From the NCBI GenBank assembly GCA_020184695.1, contig JAANOX010000238.1, positions 248,001 through 312,000 on the forward strand: 64,000 nucleotides of DNA, written 5' to 3'. The notes below the pieces were generated by a model. That model had not been told where the DNA came from, did not search any database, and saw only the letters and a list, made by a program, of their open reading frames with translations. This stretch comes from Histomonas meleagridis 2922-C6/04-290x. Lineage: Eukaryota; Protista; Parabasalia. The position numbers were made by a program, and so were the translations under genes. This document shows, one piece after another, positions 21,079-33,200 of the stretch (positions are counted from its first letter, which is position 1; every line of letters begins with the position of its first letter).

Positions 21079-23310
21079 TCACATTACATATTCTCCGAGA
21101 TCATTTTCCATATAAAACTTATTTCTTTTTTCAATCGGCAAAATACCTTTAGCGTATTTTAATGCTAATTCTAAATTTTCTTCGTCCAAACATATTTTTG
21201 CGTATTCTTCTTCTTTCAAATGATGCTGCGATTGTTCCATCACTTGGAACTCGATCCACATTTTATTCTTTGCCAACACTAATGCAGTTATCATTGCGAA
21301 GAAATGGTTTGACAACTTAAATTTCTTCGACAACATCAATGCGTAATCGAATTTTTTATCTTTTATTGCGTTTTCGATTATTTTTCTTGTTGATGTTGGC
21401 TCATTTAAATTACTTTTAATGCTATTAATTATATCCATTTGTTCATTTATTATATCGTTAAAACAATTTAATGATAAAGAATTCGGGGTCAATTTTACTA
21501 AAGATTTCAAATGCTCATTGTTATTCCAAAAATCTTTTTTATTCATTTTATCGATGATTGATAAAATATAAAATTGTTTTTTATCAAAAGATTCGATGTC
21601 ACCGAAAAATTTCAATTTTATATATTTACGAACTAATGAATAAACATTTGCGCCTTCATTAGTTGTGTTTATAAATGTTAAAAAATCATTTTTATTCGAT
21701 TTATATTTATATGAATAAATTATACGTAATATCGAATCGCCATCTTTTAAAGATGTTGCTATGCTTAATGGGTTTCCATAATTAATATCAATCAAAAATG
21801 TTATTTGTTTGAATGGATCATTAATGTTATCACTTAATAACAAAAGATTTCCTTTGTTAATATGCGAATTTTGGGCAAATTTTGTGATTTTGTAATAATT
21901 AATTTTCGGATATTTTCGGAGTTTTTCAATGATTTTATTTATTGATTTGTTGCCATGTAATAATATCATTGTGAATGCCCAATGCTCAATAACTTTAGCT
22001 TGATCCAAATTATATATTTTGCTAAGCTCAATTGCAATATCATAAAGTCGTAAATTTGTTAAGATTTCAATGAAAAATTCGATTCCAATTTTGTTGATTG
22101 TTTTTGTGGTGACAATAAACCCAATATTTTCTGATGTTAATGTGTTAACTAATCTCGTTTGATTTAGGAGCTTAAGATATTTTTCCATTTGAAGATCAAA
22201 TGTACAAATGTTTATAAAAGATACAATTTCAAATAAATATTCTTGTGAAAATGGATCTAAAAGTTCAGACGCTGCATCTAAGATAAGAGATGTGACATCA
22301 GAAACATCAATAATACTTTGGATGATCTTATATGAGTTTGTTGATTTTTGTCGATATTGTAATAAAGCTTCCGTTAAAAGTTTAACGTCTTTGTTCTCAA
22401 TGACTTCAATTATTGAATCGGGAACTTTTTGAAAAATGTAAACATCTGAATCACTCATGATTTGAATATAACCGTCATATTCAATGAGGCTTTTGGCGGT
22501 TAAAAATGGGTACATTTCTTTATATTGTTTTGTAGTGCTTAATAAACAAAGTTTTGAATTAGAAATAATTAGAAATGAATCACTAGTAGCCCATGCAAAA
22601 GATGATGAGTTTATTTTCCATTTTAAAATTTCATCATGTTGTCCATCAATTGGAATCAAAGCAATGTATGTTGAAGAACGTGCTGCTATATACGATTCAT
22701 CTGGCGAAACATGAAGAGTATCTGGAATGAAGTTAAGAACATAAAAATGTTTACAAATTGTTCGATCAATCATTACTAAAGACCCATTACTAAAAATTGT
22801 ATAAAATTTTCCTGCATAAAAGGTAAAGGTTGAAGGTATACCATAACTTTCACATTTGGCATATTGTTCAATTGAAAATGTTGATGAATTAAAAAAATAG
22901 AATTGTTTGGATTTTGAATAAAATCCAATTCCATTTGGAACAGATTGATATGAAAGAACAGTACTTCCATCAGGCGAATGAATTTGAGAAATTGTTTCAT
23001 TATGAAGAGATGTAATTGTTATATCTCCATTTTGGAATAAGATTCCAACATCACAATTTTGACACCAAAAAATAGTGAGAATATTTTCAACCTGGAAATT
23101 ACATTTGGATGTAAGAATTCTCTTCCTTGCGCTATTATAAACTTCAAAATATTTTGTATATTGATTTAATTTGATGAAGCAGCCACAATTTATATTTGGA
23201 ACTAACGAATATATATCAAAATTGCTAATATTAGGGAAAAGTTTTTTCAGAACGTAGGGCGTATCACAAAAATAATTCCAGTCTTCTTTGATTTTCTTGG
23301 TGCTTCTCAT
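21079..23310 (-). CDS. VPS16: Vps16-like HOPS/CORVET subunit
   Basis: N-terminal EDWNYF, beta-propeller-like N half, helical C half ending KKFKLSNHFFAMITALVLAKNKMWIEF...EYAKICLDEENLELALKYAKGI, similar to the Vps16_C pattern. Confidence 0.65.
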   Translation of the reverse strand: MRSTKKIKEDWNYFCDTPYVLKKLFPNISNFDIYSLVPNINCGCFIKLNQYTKYFEVYNSARKRILTSKCNFQVENILTIFWCQNCDVGILFQNGDITITSLHNETISQIHSPDGSTVLSYQSVPNGIGFYSKSKQFYFFNSSTFSIEQYAKCESYGIPSTFTFYAGKFYTIFSNGSLVMIDRTICKHFYVLNFIPDTLHVSPDESYIAARSSTYIALIPIDGQHDEILKWKINSSSFAWATSDSFLIISNSKLCLLSTTKQYKEMYPFLTAKSLIEYDGYIQIMSDSDVYIFQKVPDSIIEVIENKDVKLLTEALLQYRQKSTNSYKIIQSIIDVSDVTSLILDAASELLDPFSQEYLFEIVSFINICTFDLQMEKYLKLLNQTRLVNTLTSENIGFIVTTKTINKIGIEFFIEILTNLRLYDIAIELSKIYNLDQAKVIEHWAFTMILLHGNKSINKIIEKLRKYPKINYYKITKFAQNSHINKGNLLLLSDNINDPFKQITFLIDINYGNPLSIATSLKDGDSILRIIYSYKYKSNKNDFLTFINTTNEGANVYSLVRKYIKLKFFGDIESFDKKQFYILSIIDKMNKKDFWNNNEHLKSLVKLTPNSLSLNCFNDIINEQMDIINSIKSNLNEPTSTRKIIENAIKDKKFDYALMLSKKFKLSNHFFAMITALVLAKNKMWIEFQVMEQSQHHLKEEEYAKICLDEENLELALKYAKGILPIEKRNKFYMENDLGEYVM

Positions 23311-23311
23311 T

Positions 23312-23644
23312 ATGTCAACATTTTTCGACTTTTTGAATTCTTGTCAACAGATAGGAATGCTGGAAGAAGACCGCAAACTCTACAAAGAAAATGTGCTTTT
23401 AGGAACTAAAAACTTGTTGTCAAGCTCAAAAGTTCTTTTTGAACCAAGGGCTGCCCAAACAACAATAGAAATCACAAATAACTTTTCACAAAATCTCGAA
23501 GATCTCTTTGAACAAGCACCATATTATACACCTGTTATGGAAGAAACACTCGAAAACTCACGTGAATCAGTTCGTCAGTTTATCAAAACAGTTTCACAAT
23601 TATTTGGAAGTATTAGTTCAACACTTGAAGATTCAATATGTTAA
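23312..23644 (+). CDS. Small hypothetical helical protein (MSTFFDFLNSCQQIG..., 110 aa)
   Basis: Gene-like codon usage; ATG directly preceded by an Inr-like TCATT; ends TAA. Confidence 0.55.
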   Translation: MSTFFDFLNSCQQIGMLEEDRKLYKENVLLGTKNLLSSSKVLFEPRAAQTTIEITNNFSQNLEDLFEQAPYYTPVMEETLENSRESVRQFIKTVSQLFGSISSTLEDSIC

Positions 23645-23846
23645 ATAAAAACAAAAATTTAAAACATGTTTTATTACAGCTGCAACTTTTACACATTAAA
23701 TCTACGATCCTGAATCGTTGAAATGTGTAAGACGATAAGAATTAAATGCATTTTACCAGAAAATTATCAAATCATTAATGATTTTGAGATAATAAGGATT
23801 GATATAAATTTGTTCAGAATACAATTGATCTACTTAAAAAAATCAT

Positions 23847-24335
23847 ATGAATGTATTTTCATCTGAATATGATTTCTCAGATAATGGTGATTCATTTGGC
23901 ATAGATTTTATTGAAGATGAAAACATCAGAAGATTACTATTGGTCAATAAATTCAACAAACATCTCCAAACCCACTGATACTAAATACAGGAAGAAACCA
24001 ATTGATCTTTATGAAGTTTTCATAAGGTGATAAATATTTTTTAATAGCACTTGAAACTTGCTAATAAATCAGTACTTGAAATATTCATGTTTTCCATTCT
24101 TATGAGTAAACTATTCAATTAAAAATTTCACTCTATCGTACCAGCAGTTATGGATGGAAGTCTATCGTTGCCGATTCTGCTTCAGCAAATGCAGAAATCT
24201 TTCTTTCAAATTTGGGATGCTGAACTTCATAAACACAATGAAGAATATTTTTTATCTATTATGGATAATAATTACATAAAATTATGGTTTATCGATATTT
24301 CGAACCATGGAAGTTTTGCACCATCGTCAACCTAA
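23847..24335 (+). pseudogene. Degraded coding remnant of unknown family
   Basis: Protein-like fragments (MNVFSSEYDFSDNGDSFGIDFIEDENIRRLLLV; MDGSLSLPILLQQMQKSFFQIWD) broken by stops and frame changes. Confidence 0.25.
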
Positions 24336-24548
24336 AAAAAGAACCTATTTCACTGAGCCAAAAAATCTTGCTTTAGAATAAAGATTGATATAATTATTTA
24401 AAGCCTTACCATAAAAGCAGTTTCAAATTGTGTATCATTTGGCAAATGAAAATATCACTTTATCAGTTCAACAAACAATGAATTCAGCTCCAATAATTTT
24501 TCCTTGATAATATTGACACCACATTATTATAATAATATCAAATTATGT

Positions 24549-25460
24549 TTATGCAGAAGTGTACTTGTAATAGTCGGGTATGTCAGGCGATCGATCCTCC
24601 AAAAGCCTTGGCGTAGCAAAACGAATTTCCTTCCTCCTCAGCTTCTCGTCCAACTCTAGCACTCCTGCTAAGTTACCACATCTTAAGCAATAGTCCGGCG
24701 CGCTAAAAATGGTTACGAGTTGATCTTCGTGCGTATATTCCAAACCGCCCATTACAAGTTGGTGTGCACGTGCAGTAAGTTCGAGACCATTTTTCTCGTT
24801 CCAGCGCTTTGTAATGTCGTTGCCAAACTGATAGCCTGCATCGCGACATGAAGGTTGAAATCCGCGAATCGTGCCTGGATCACTCCATAAAATATCACAC
24901 ATAGGACCGTCGTGTGGTGGCTCCCGGAAGCGGTTGATCTTTTGGATGTCATTGATGGTCTGGATCTCGGGACTAAGACCTCCATGGACACATAAGATTT
25001 TGGAGCCGATGAGAGCAGCTAATGGAAGATAGTTAAAAGTCTCGGTATATGTTTGCCACACTTCGTCATTGCCATAACGAGAAACAACTTCATCACGAAA
25101 ACCGAAATGATGGGATATTCCAGAACTTTCATGATTTCCGCGAAGAAGTGTTATCGAATCAGGATATTTGAGCTTAAGTGCAAATAAGTATGTCACAGTT
25201 TCTACTGATTGACTCCCACGATCAACATAATCACCCATAAATAAGTATTCAGTATATGGCACTGGACCATTAATTTTGAATAACTCTACAAGATCTTGAA
25301 ATTGGCCGTGTATGTCACCACAAATTGTGACTGGCGGATTTACTTTAATTACATTAGGAAGTTTTTCAAAGAGCTTTTTGGAGCGAGATGTTACATAATT
25401 AATTTCCTCGACTGTTGGAAAACCACCATCTTCTATTTTTTTAATAATTGAATCGAGCAT
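24549..25460 (-). CDS. Ser/Thr phosphoprotein phosphatase catalytic subunit, PP2A/PP4/PP6-like
   Basis: GDIHG, GDYVDRG, LRGNHE, HGGLSP, CDILWSDP, RAHQLV, FSAPDYC. Confidence 0.95.
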   Translation of the reverse strand: MLDSIIKKIEDGGFPTVEEINYVTSRSKKLFEKLPNVIKVNPPVTICGDIHGQFQDLVELFKINGPVPYTEYLFMGDYVDRGSQSVETVTYLFALKLKYPDSITLLRGNHESSGISHHFGFRDEVVSRYGNDEVWQTYTETFNYLPLAALIGSKILCVHGGLSPEIQTINDIQKINRFREPPHDGPMCDILWSDPGTIRGFQPSCRDAGYQFGNDITKRWNEKNGLELTARAHQLVMGGLEYTHEDQLVTIFSAPDYCLRCGNLAGVLELDEKLRRKEIRFATPRLLEDRSPDIPDYYKYTSA

Positions 25461-27217
25461 TTGCCTGTTTTAGAAAATTGGTATGGATTTGGCAAAACCG
25501 TTTAACGATATTCTTTTGATTAGTTTACTCACTTTGTGAAAAAAGTGACAATACAATTTTGTCTTTATGACCGACTTTTTCAGTGAAATATGATCGTGAT
25601 TATCCAATAACCGTTTTTAACAAATCTTTGTAAAAAATGTCAGTTTAAACGGCCGCTATTGGTAAATCTAACAAATTATTTTGAATTAGAAGCCTTGTTA
25701 ACAATTTATAAATTCCATTTTAGGTATAATTTATTTACTCATATCACTGAAGGTATTAATTCGAAATTTGTAGCACATTATAAAGCAGAAATGGGATTTA
25801 ATCCAAATTTCAAAAATAACTCTAATCGAATTAGAAAAACTTCAAAAAATATTATCTCAGAATGATTTTAACCATGAAATTAAGCCATAACTTTATGAAA
25901 GATACTTATTCAGTTCTTAAAAAATATTGCCTTAATACTTGAAGTGGTTTAACCTGGGGTTGAAATAATTTTTTACTAAAATTGAGTTGGAAACATCTCT
26001 TGAAAGGACGGGTACATTCTGTTTGTCATTCTCAGATTAAATTCATTTTAATAAAAATTTAATATATAGTACATAATCATCATGATGAATTTAGGGACAT
26101 ATGCTTGAAATTATTCGACAAGATTTATCTCTTTTTATTAATTTGATACGACACAAATAACATACTACAATCCAAAAATATGTGGTACACAAGCTCCTAA
26201 ATTCGATTAAAATACATTGAAAAAGTATTTAGAGCAAAGACGATTGAAACATATTCAAAAAGTGGTTCATGACCAAATACATAGCGACCGTTAATACAAT
26301 TCAATAATCATTGAAAAAGTAACTTTTTTCAGAATAAATATTTTTGCCAATATTCACTTTTTGAATTTATTTATTTTTAATTGATTTAACGATCGTTCTC
26401 AAAAGTTGATCCGCTTTTTCAAAATGCAGAAAAGTAAATTTATGTAGAACTTTTGAATGAAAACCATGTAATTAAAATGATCCGAAAAAAAGGAAATTTC
26501 TGAAAAAAAAAAACACACGATCAAAATCAACTCAAATGCAACTGGTTTTTTTTACCAAACTAAAGAAATCTGATTTGGTCATGTAAGCATGCTTCATACA
26601 TCGTTTCAGTTGAGGCCATTAATAGTGTTGAATCAACTTTTTTGTCCTACAGTTAATTGTCATCTTTATATATTTTTGAAAGAGAGTCGACCTAGCATTT
26701 TGGTGATCAATTTAACCTACACACCAAACAAAAGATCTCTTTCCTGTTCCATTTTATTCCATATTTGATAACAAAAGATATCAATTTGATATATTTCATG
26801 ATTAAAAAATTGTAATTTCATTCTACCTTCGAAGTATTTAAGATGTATGCTGGGAATTTGATGTGTACTTGCACCTATTATGTTGCTAGTAGTTCCATAT
26901 TACTTGGATAATGAGAAATTCGAATTTCTCAAATTTTATATCACATGTCTTTGTTATTTCGGATAATTCGCATGGCTGTTAAATTTTGAATGCCGCTTAT
27001 TTTTTACAACCACTTTATGAATCCCCGAAAACCCCACTTTTTGTTTTGATTTGGTTCTGACACTCGGTTTTTGACAGGTTTGTATGTACTTTTTGATAAT
27101 AAATAATTGTTAACAATTTAAACAACAATGCTTTTATGTTCAATAAACCGTCATTCTTAGGGGGTACGCTCAAACCCGAAACTTTTTGAAGGGGCTCAAA
27201 AAGACTTGTAGCTGAAG

Positions 27218-30200
27218 ATGTCTCCGAGCCTTGCGAAAGAAATGGTTCAAACTATGCTCAATGAAATTGAGGAAGATCTTAAGAACACAGAAGGGATAAA
27301 TGGAGATTACTCTGAATTTTCTGCAATTGCTTGGATAGAGTCTCCGCGTCGAAAATATGCTTCAATTCTACAAGGTGTTGCGAAGTTAAAACCTCAAACA
27401 GCTTTGAGTGTTCTTCTTCTTAAGTTAAGAGCATATTGTAAATTAATTAATAATTCTTATTCTTGCACAAGCTCAATACAAATTAAGAAACTTCTCATCA
27501 TATGCCAACTAATTTTACATCTGCCTGTCTATGTTATTAATTCTAAATCAAAGGAATCTTTAAACGCAATTCTTTCATTAAGTCTTTTCAATAAAGGCGG
27601 AGATGCAGCAAGACAGCTTATCGTTGAATCCGTTAGTGAGGTTGCACGTGTTTTAGTCATGCATGGAGCAAATCCAATTCCATTTACATATCCAGTTTCT
27701 TCTGTTAATGAACTTTCCAATCTCTTTAGGCTTTGTACTAATGTCAACTATACTGTTGCTACATTTAAGTCTACAATTCATTTAGCTCAAGTACTTGCAC
27801 CTAATATTCAAGCTGATATGAGATCAAAATTTGTTGACAAACTTTATCATGCCATATTCAGATTCTTTATTCGTAGTCCCAAAGAACACAAGGTACTTCT
27901 AGAGCAAGGAATTGATGATGCTCAAAAATTAATGGATGCAATACTCTCATGGAAAAGTATTGACATCGAATACATGTCATTGTTTGGAGCGTTGATGCCA
28001 TTTTGTAGGTCGTCACTTCAAGATCTTCAAGCACGTAAGAAAGGAAATCAATTTTCCAATATATTGAACATGATGTCACAGTTTAAGCAAAGTAAAGAAT
28101 CAGCCCGTGTTGCAGTTGCCTTAGGGATCTTAGAAATCATCAATTGCGTTACATTAGTTACTCCTAATGAGAATGAATTATTCCGTGCATTTGATGAATT
28201 TCTGTTCACATATCGGCCCAAATTTGAAGAATGGCTTTTCAAGCCACGAAAGAAACCATTTTTCACGGGTTATCTTGTTAATTTATTTTTGCCGCGATAT
28301 GCCGCATTAGAATTTTATAAGCGCCAAAAGCCAGATGGTATAGCGTGTAAGAAAGTCTTAGAATTAGCTGAACATAAATATGGGAATATTGGTTTAGTCG
28401 TGTTTATTAAGACGGTTTATGATTATTGTTCAGCAGGTCCAAGTTCAGAAGTCTTAAAGGAGAATCAAACGAATTTATTTAATTTATTATCACAAAGGTT
28501 TACCAAAGCAATGAAACATTTACAAACGATTAGTGATAATAACAAAAATGACTTATATTCATATTCTGTATTTGTACGAATGACCACCTATTTCATTACA
28601 GGCTTTGATTATCCATTTTCTATCTATTGTATGATGGATTTATATGGTAATCAAGAGAGTGTTAAAGCTAATAAGCAATTAAATGCGTTCATTCATTCCA
28701 ATTATGGCTTTGATCAAGTTTGTTCTATCTTAAATATGGTATTACCAGTTTATATTGAACATTTCATTGATAATTCGATATTTTTAGTACATTTATTACG
28801 AGAATTTTTAACATTTACTGATAAATGGGTTAAACAATTACAATCAGTTTCAAGTAAATTAGCAATGAAACAACTTACAGAATTATCAGTTAATTTTCGA
28901 TCATTAGTTGAAAAAGCTATAGTTATACCATCACCTACATTAATATCAGTTCCATTTATTTTTTATCGATTTTTGAAATGGGAATTTTTAGTAATTGAGA
29001 CAACTAATTCTTATGATTTATTAGCAAATTCACCAGAGTTTATTAAAGCTAATGAAATTACAATCTTTTTATTACAATCTTGTACATTAGATTCAGTTAT
29101 TGATGCATGTAATGAATTATTAGAAGAGAAACTTAAAATCGCAAATATTAAATATCAATATACATTTCCTATTAAATCATTACCTGAGAATGACGATGTA
29201 GTAATACCTTCATTACAATTTATCTTTTCACATTGGGTAAATATTACTAATAAATTAAATAAAGTTGAAGCTAATTCAAATGAAGATGATAATTATCAAT
29301 CTTCAAACCCTTATTTATTAGATACTATTAAAGAAAAGATTTCATCAAATACATTATTCTTATGTAAATATATTCATTTCTTAAAAACTATGCCTTTATC
29401 TGACAACAAAAATATACCAGTAGAACAAAGTTTCATTGATATTACATTAAAATATTTGGATATAACTGTATTAAGGAATGAGAAATTTACAAATTCATTT
29501 AAAGAAATTAACAAATATACATTTCCTAATTTTATTACTAGTGCATGTGAATTTATAAACACAAAATATAAAAATTTAGAGTTTTCTAATCGAACATTTT
29601 GGATTAATATGATTAATTTATTAACATCTTTATTAGAATCAAATCAATTACAAGAACAAGAAGATACAACAAAAATCATTGAAGAAATCGAAAAAATTAT
29701 TTATGTATTTGTTTCTTTAATTCAAATCTCAGCATTTGGTGATAATATTCGTATGATAATTCAATCATTAGCACGATTTCTTCAAGTATTTTATTCATTA
29801 AATATAAAGAAAAATTTGTTTTTACAAAGATCTATAATTACTACATTAATTGAAATATCATTATCTAATCGTGTTACACGACCTTCAATGACTACAATCC
29901 CTATAGGTAATATATTAGAAGTCTTATTTACAGATTTTCATTTTGATTTATCTGATTTAATACCATCAGTAAGTGAATCAAGTTCTAAAGAAGATGCGAT
30001 TCAATTATTTTCATTTGTACTTTGTTCATTTAATTTATTATTACAAGATATATCTTCAAATATTGCAGGTTATAATAATTATGTATCATCAATCCAAAAA
30101 TGTGTAATGAATATATTATCTAATAATGCTGATTATGTATGGCAATTATATGTTGAATTTTTATCCAGTGCTAATCAATTATTAAAGTTAATTATTATTG

Positions 30201-33200
30201 AATCATTAAGTTTAATGTTTAAAGCAGAATTTCATTCTATTCAAAAGAATATAGTTCGAGATGAAACGGAATCTTATATTAAAACATATTTAGATGATAA
30301 TTTATCTGATTCTAATTTATCTACATCATCTAAATCTAGTCAAAAATCAACTTCTTCATTTCAAAGTCAAAAATCAACATCAAGTAAAACTAGTGTTAAA
30401 TCTACGTCATCTAAACAAAGTACAAAATCTACAGCTTCTAAAGCTAGTGGTAAATCAATTAGTTCTAAACAAAGTGGTAAATCAATAAGTTCTAAACAAA
30501 GTGGTAAATCTGCAAGTTCTAAGAAATCTAGATTAAGTTTTAATAAGTCTCGTAAATCATCAATATTAGATAGTTCATCACATGCACCTACATCTATATT
30601 AGAACCTAAAATTATGACTATTGAAGAAGCTTCTAAAGTATATGATGAAATTCATATTAATAATCAATTCCATCCTAAATATGCAAAACTTATTGGAAAA
30701 GAACATATTTATAATTTATTAATACAAAATAATTTCGAAGTATTTAATCGACCACCTACAAATAATATAAACTTTTTAACATCTGCTATTTCATGTTGTA
30801 TTACATTTCATATTCATGATGAAGTATTTCTAATGATGACGAAGAAATTTAAGAAGAAGAAATCAAGTTTATTAAAGAATAATCAATATACATTATTTTA
30901 TACTGCTTGGTTTAAGAAGATTATTGAAAATTGGAAAATTGAAGAATTTATAGTATTAGCAAAACCTAAGAAAATTAAAGAATTTATACAAGCCATTAAT
31001 CCTAATTTAGCATTTGTATATTATTTCCAAAAGTTTAATAATATAATTAAAGATGAAACTATATTAAAAGATTTATTTATTGAATGTTTCATTAAACCAA
31101 TATTAACAGAACCTAAATTATATAATAAACCTTATGATACTAAAAAGATGGGACTTAATGTAACAGAATTTATTACATTATTAAAAGAGAATCAATTATT
31201 TGATAATTTAATTAAATCAATTATTCAAGCCGAACCTTATTATCCTACATTAACTACTAATACATTTAAAGCAGATAAAGATGTAGTCTTAGCATTTTTA
31301 TCAGATCGACCACCAATCATTAATAAAAGAGAATATATTAAACATAATGTTACCCATGTAATTAAGAAAATACCAGAACCATCTATTGAAGATCAAATTA
31401 AAATGCGTAATTTCCAATGGTTTAAATATTTAGGTAAAACTAGTAATGATTGTCATGGATATTTTATGTATCCAAGTCAAATCCCTAATGTAAGTTTTAA
31501 TTTAAATTTATATCATTATATATCACATTTTTCACATATGAAGAAACGTACAATTGAATTCTTTATTAATGCTCGAGAATTATCACCTCGAGCTAATGAA
31601 TTCTTTACAGAACATTTTAAATATGTACCACCAGAATTCATTAAGAAAATCTTTCGATTAACTATATTAAATCCTTCACCTCAAGTTATGAAAGCTTTTG
31701 GAGTATTTCCATTAAATAATGATAATTTATGTGTAGTTACAAATCATTTTGATGGTGATAAATTATTATATTTCCCAGCAGAATCATTTGGTGATAGTTA
31801 TTATTATCGAGGTCAATTTAATGTTCAATGTTATGATACTGATTGTATATTATATATTGGAGTAAATTCATTTATATTAGAAGTCCCTTTTAATGTAAAT
31901 GATACTACAATTATAACTAATCAAAAAATTGAAGTAAATTTAATTAGGAATATTAATATAAATGGAAAACAAGTAACATTTAATATTAATGGAGGGAAAA
32001 CTATTGAAATGATTACTAATGCAGGTAATTATATTAATTCTGCTTATGAATCAATGATAAGTCGTAAAGATTTAGTACATGGATTTAGTTGTATTGATAC
32101 TGAAACTAATATATCACCAAATTATAAAGCTGAATTAATAGCATTATCATTATTCTTATTAAATGCTGAGAATGTATTCTTTAATCCTTCATTACAATTA
32201 TTTGAAGCAGCTATAAATGATGATGATAATTCATTAATTAATTGTGATGTATTTACTAAGAGTCATAACTTAAATATCTTATTTAAAGAAGTAGAAAAAT
32301 CTGGTTTATTAGATGAAGTAATAATTTGTTTAATGAAATATCTTAAATCTATGATTAGTTATAATAATCAATCTAAAGTAGTTTTAACAACTATTAATAT
32401 TCAAACATTAACAATATTGATACCATTAATTATTAAATTCCTTAATAAATCTACTAATTTATGTTATATATCAATTGTAACTCATATAATGTTAAAGTTT
32501 TGTATGAATCAAGAAACTTGTGATATATTATATCGATTATTTTGGAATGAAATTGAATCACGTACATCATTAGAAATTATTTTACCAATTATATTTACAT
32601 CGAATTATCCAATTATTACATTACGTTGTATATTACAATCATTAATGGAGAAATCTTCAAAGATTATGGGTGAATTAATCATTGATCATTATTTAGATGG
32701 TACAATTCGAAGGAAATCATTTGATAATTATATGTCCATCGAAAAGATCTTTCAATTAATACCTTCATTATCATTTCGTTGTAATGATTTTATGTCCTCT
32801 TCAAATTTACCATATTTATTATTTTGTAGTGTAGTTGCCGGTATTCATTCACATAAAGAAAATGCAGAAAATGTTAAAACTTTTATTAATATTTCATTAG
32901 AATCTATTGATCAAACTACACAAAGTTTTACATTAATTCAAAACCAATTAGAAAAACTTTTAAGAAATCCACGTGTCTTATCAGCATTTGATTTAATTAA
33001 TATTGGAGGTAATATTGCACGAATTATTGATACCAAAGTATATAAAGAATATCAAAAATTAATGACTAAAGAACAAATTGGGGATAATCCTAATATTTGG
33101 TATATTAAAGCAGCAGCAGCAGTATATAATGAAGTAACTGATTCGATGAATTATCAAACAGCTCAAAAATATGTTGAATTATTACCTTCTTTATTATCAA

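Noticed and set aside
25659-27100. Possible genes in the 1.5-kb gap upstream of the NF1-like gene
   Set aside because: Only short protein-like fragments with many stops; no family recognised and no 20-nt periodicity seen.
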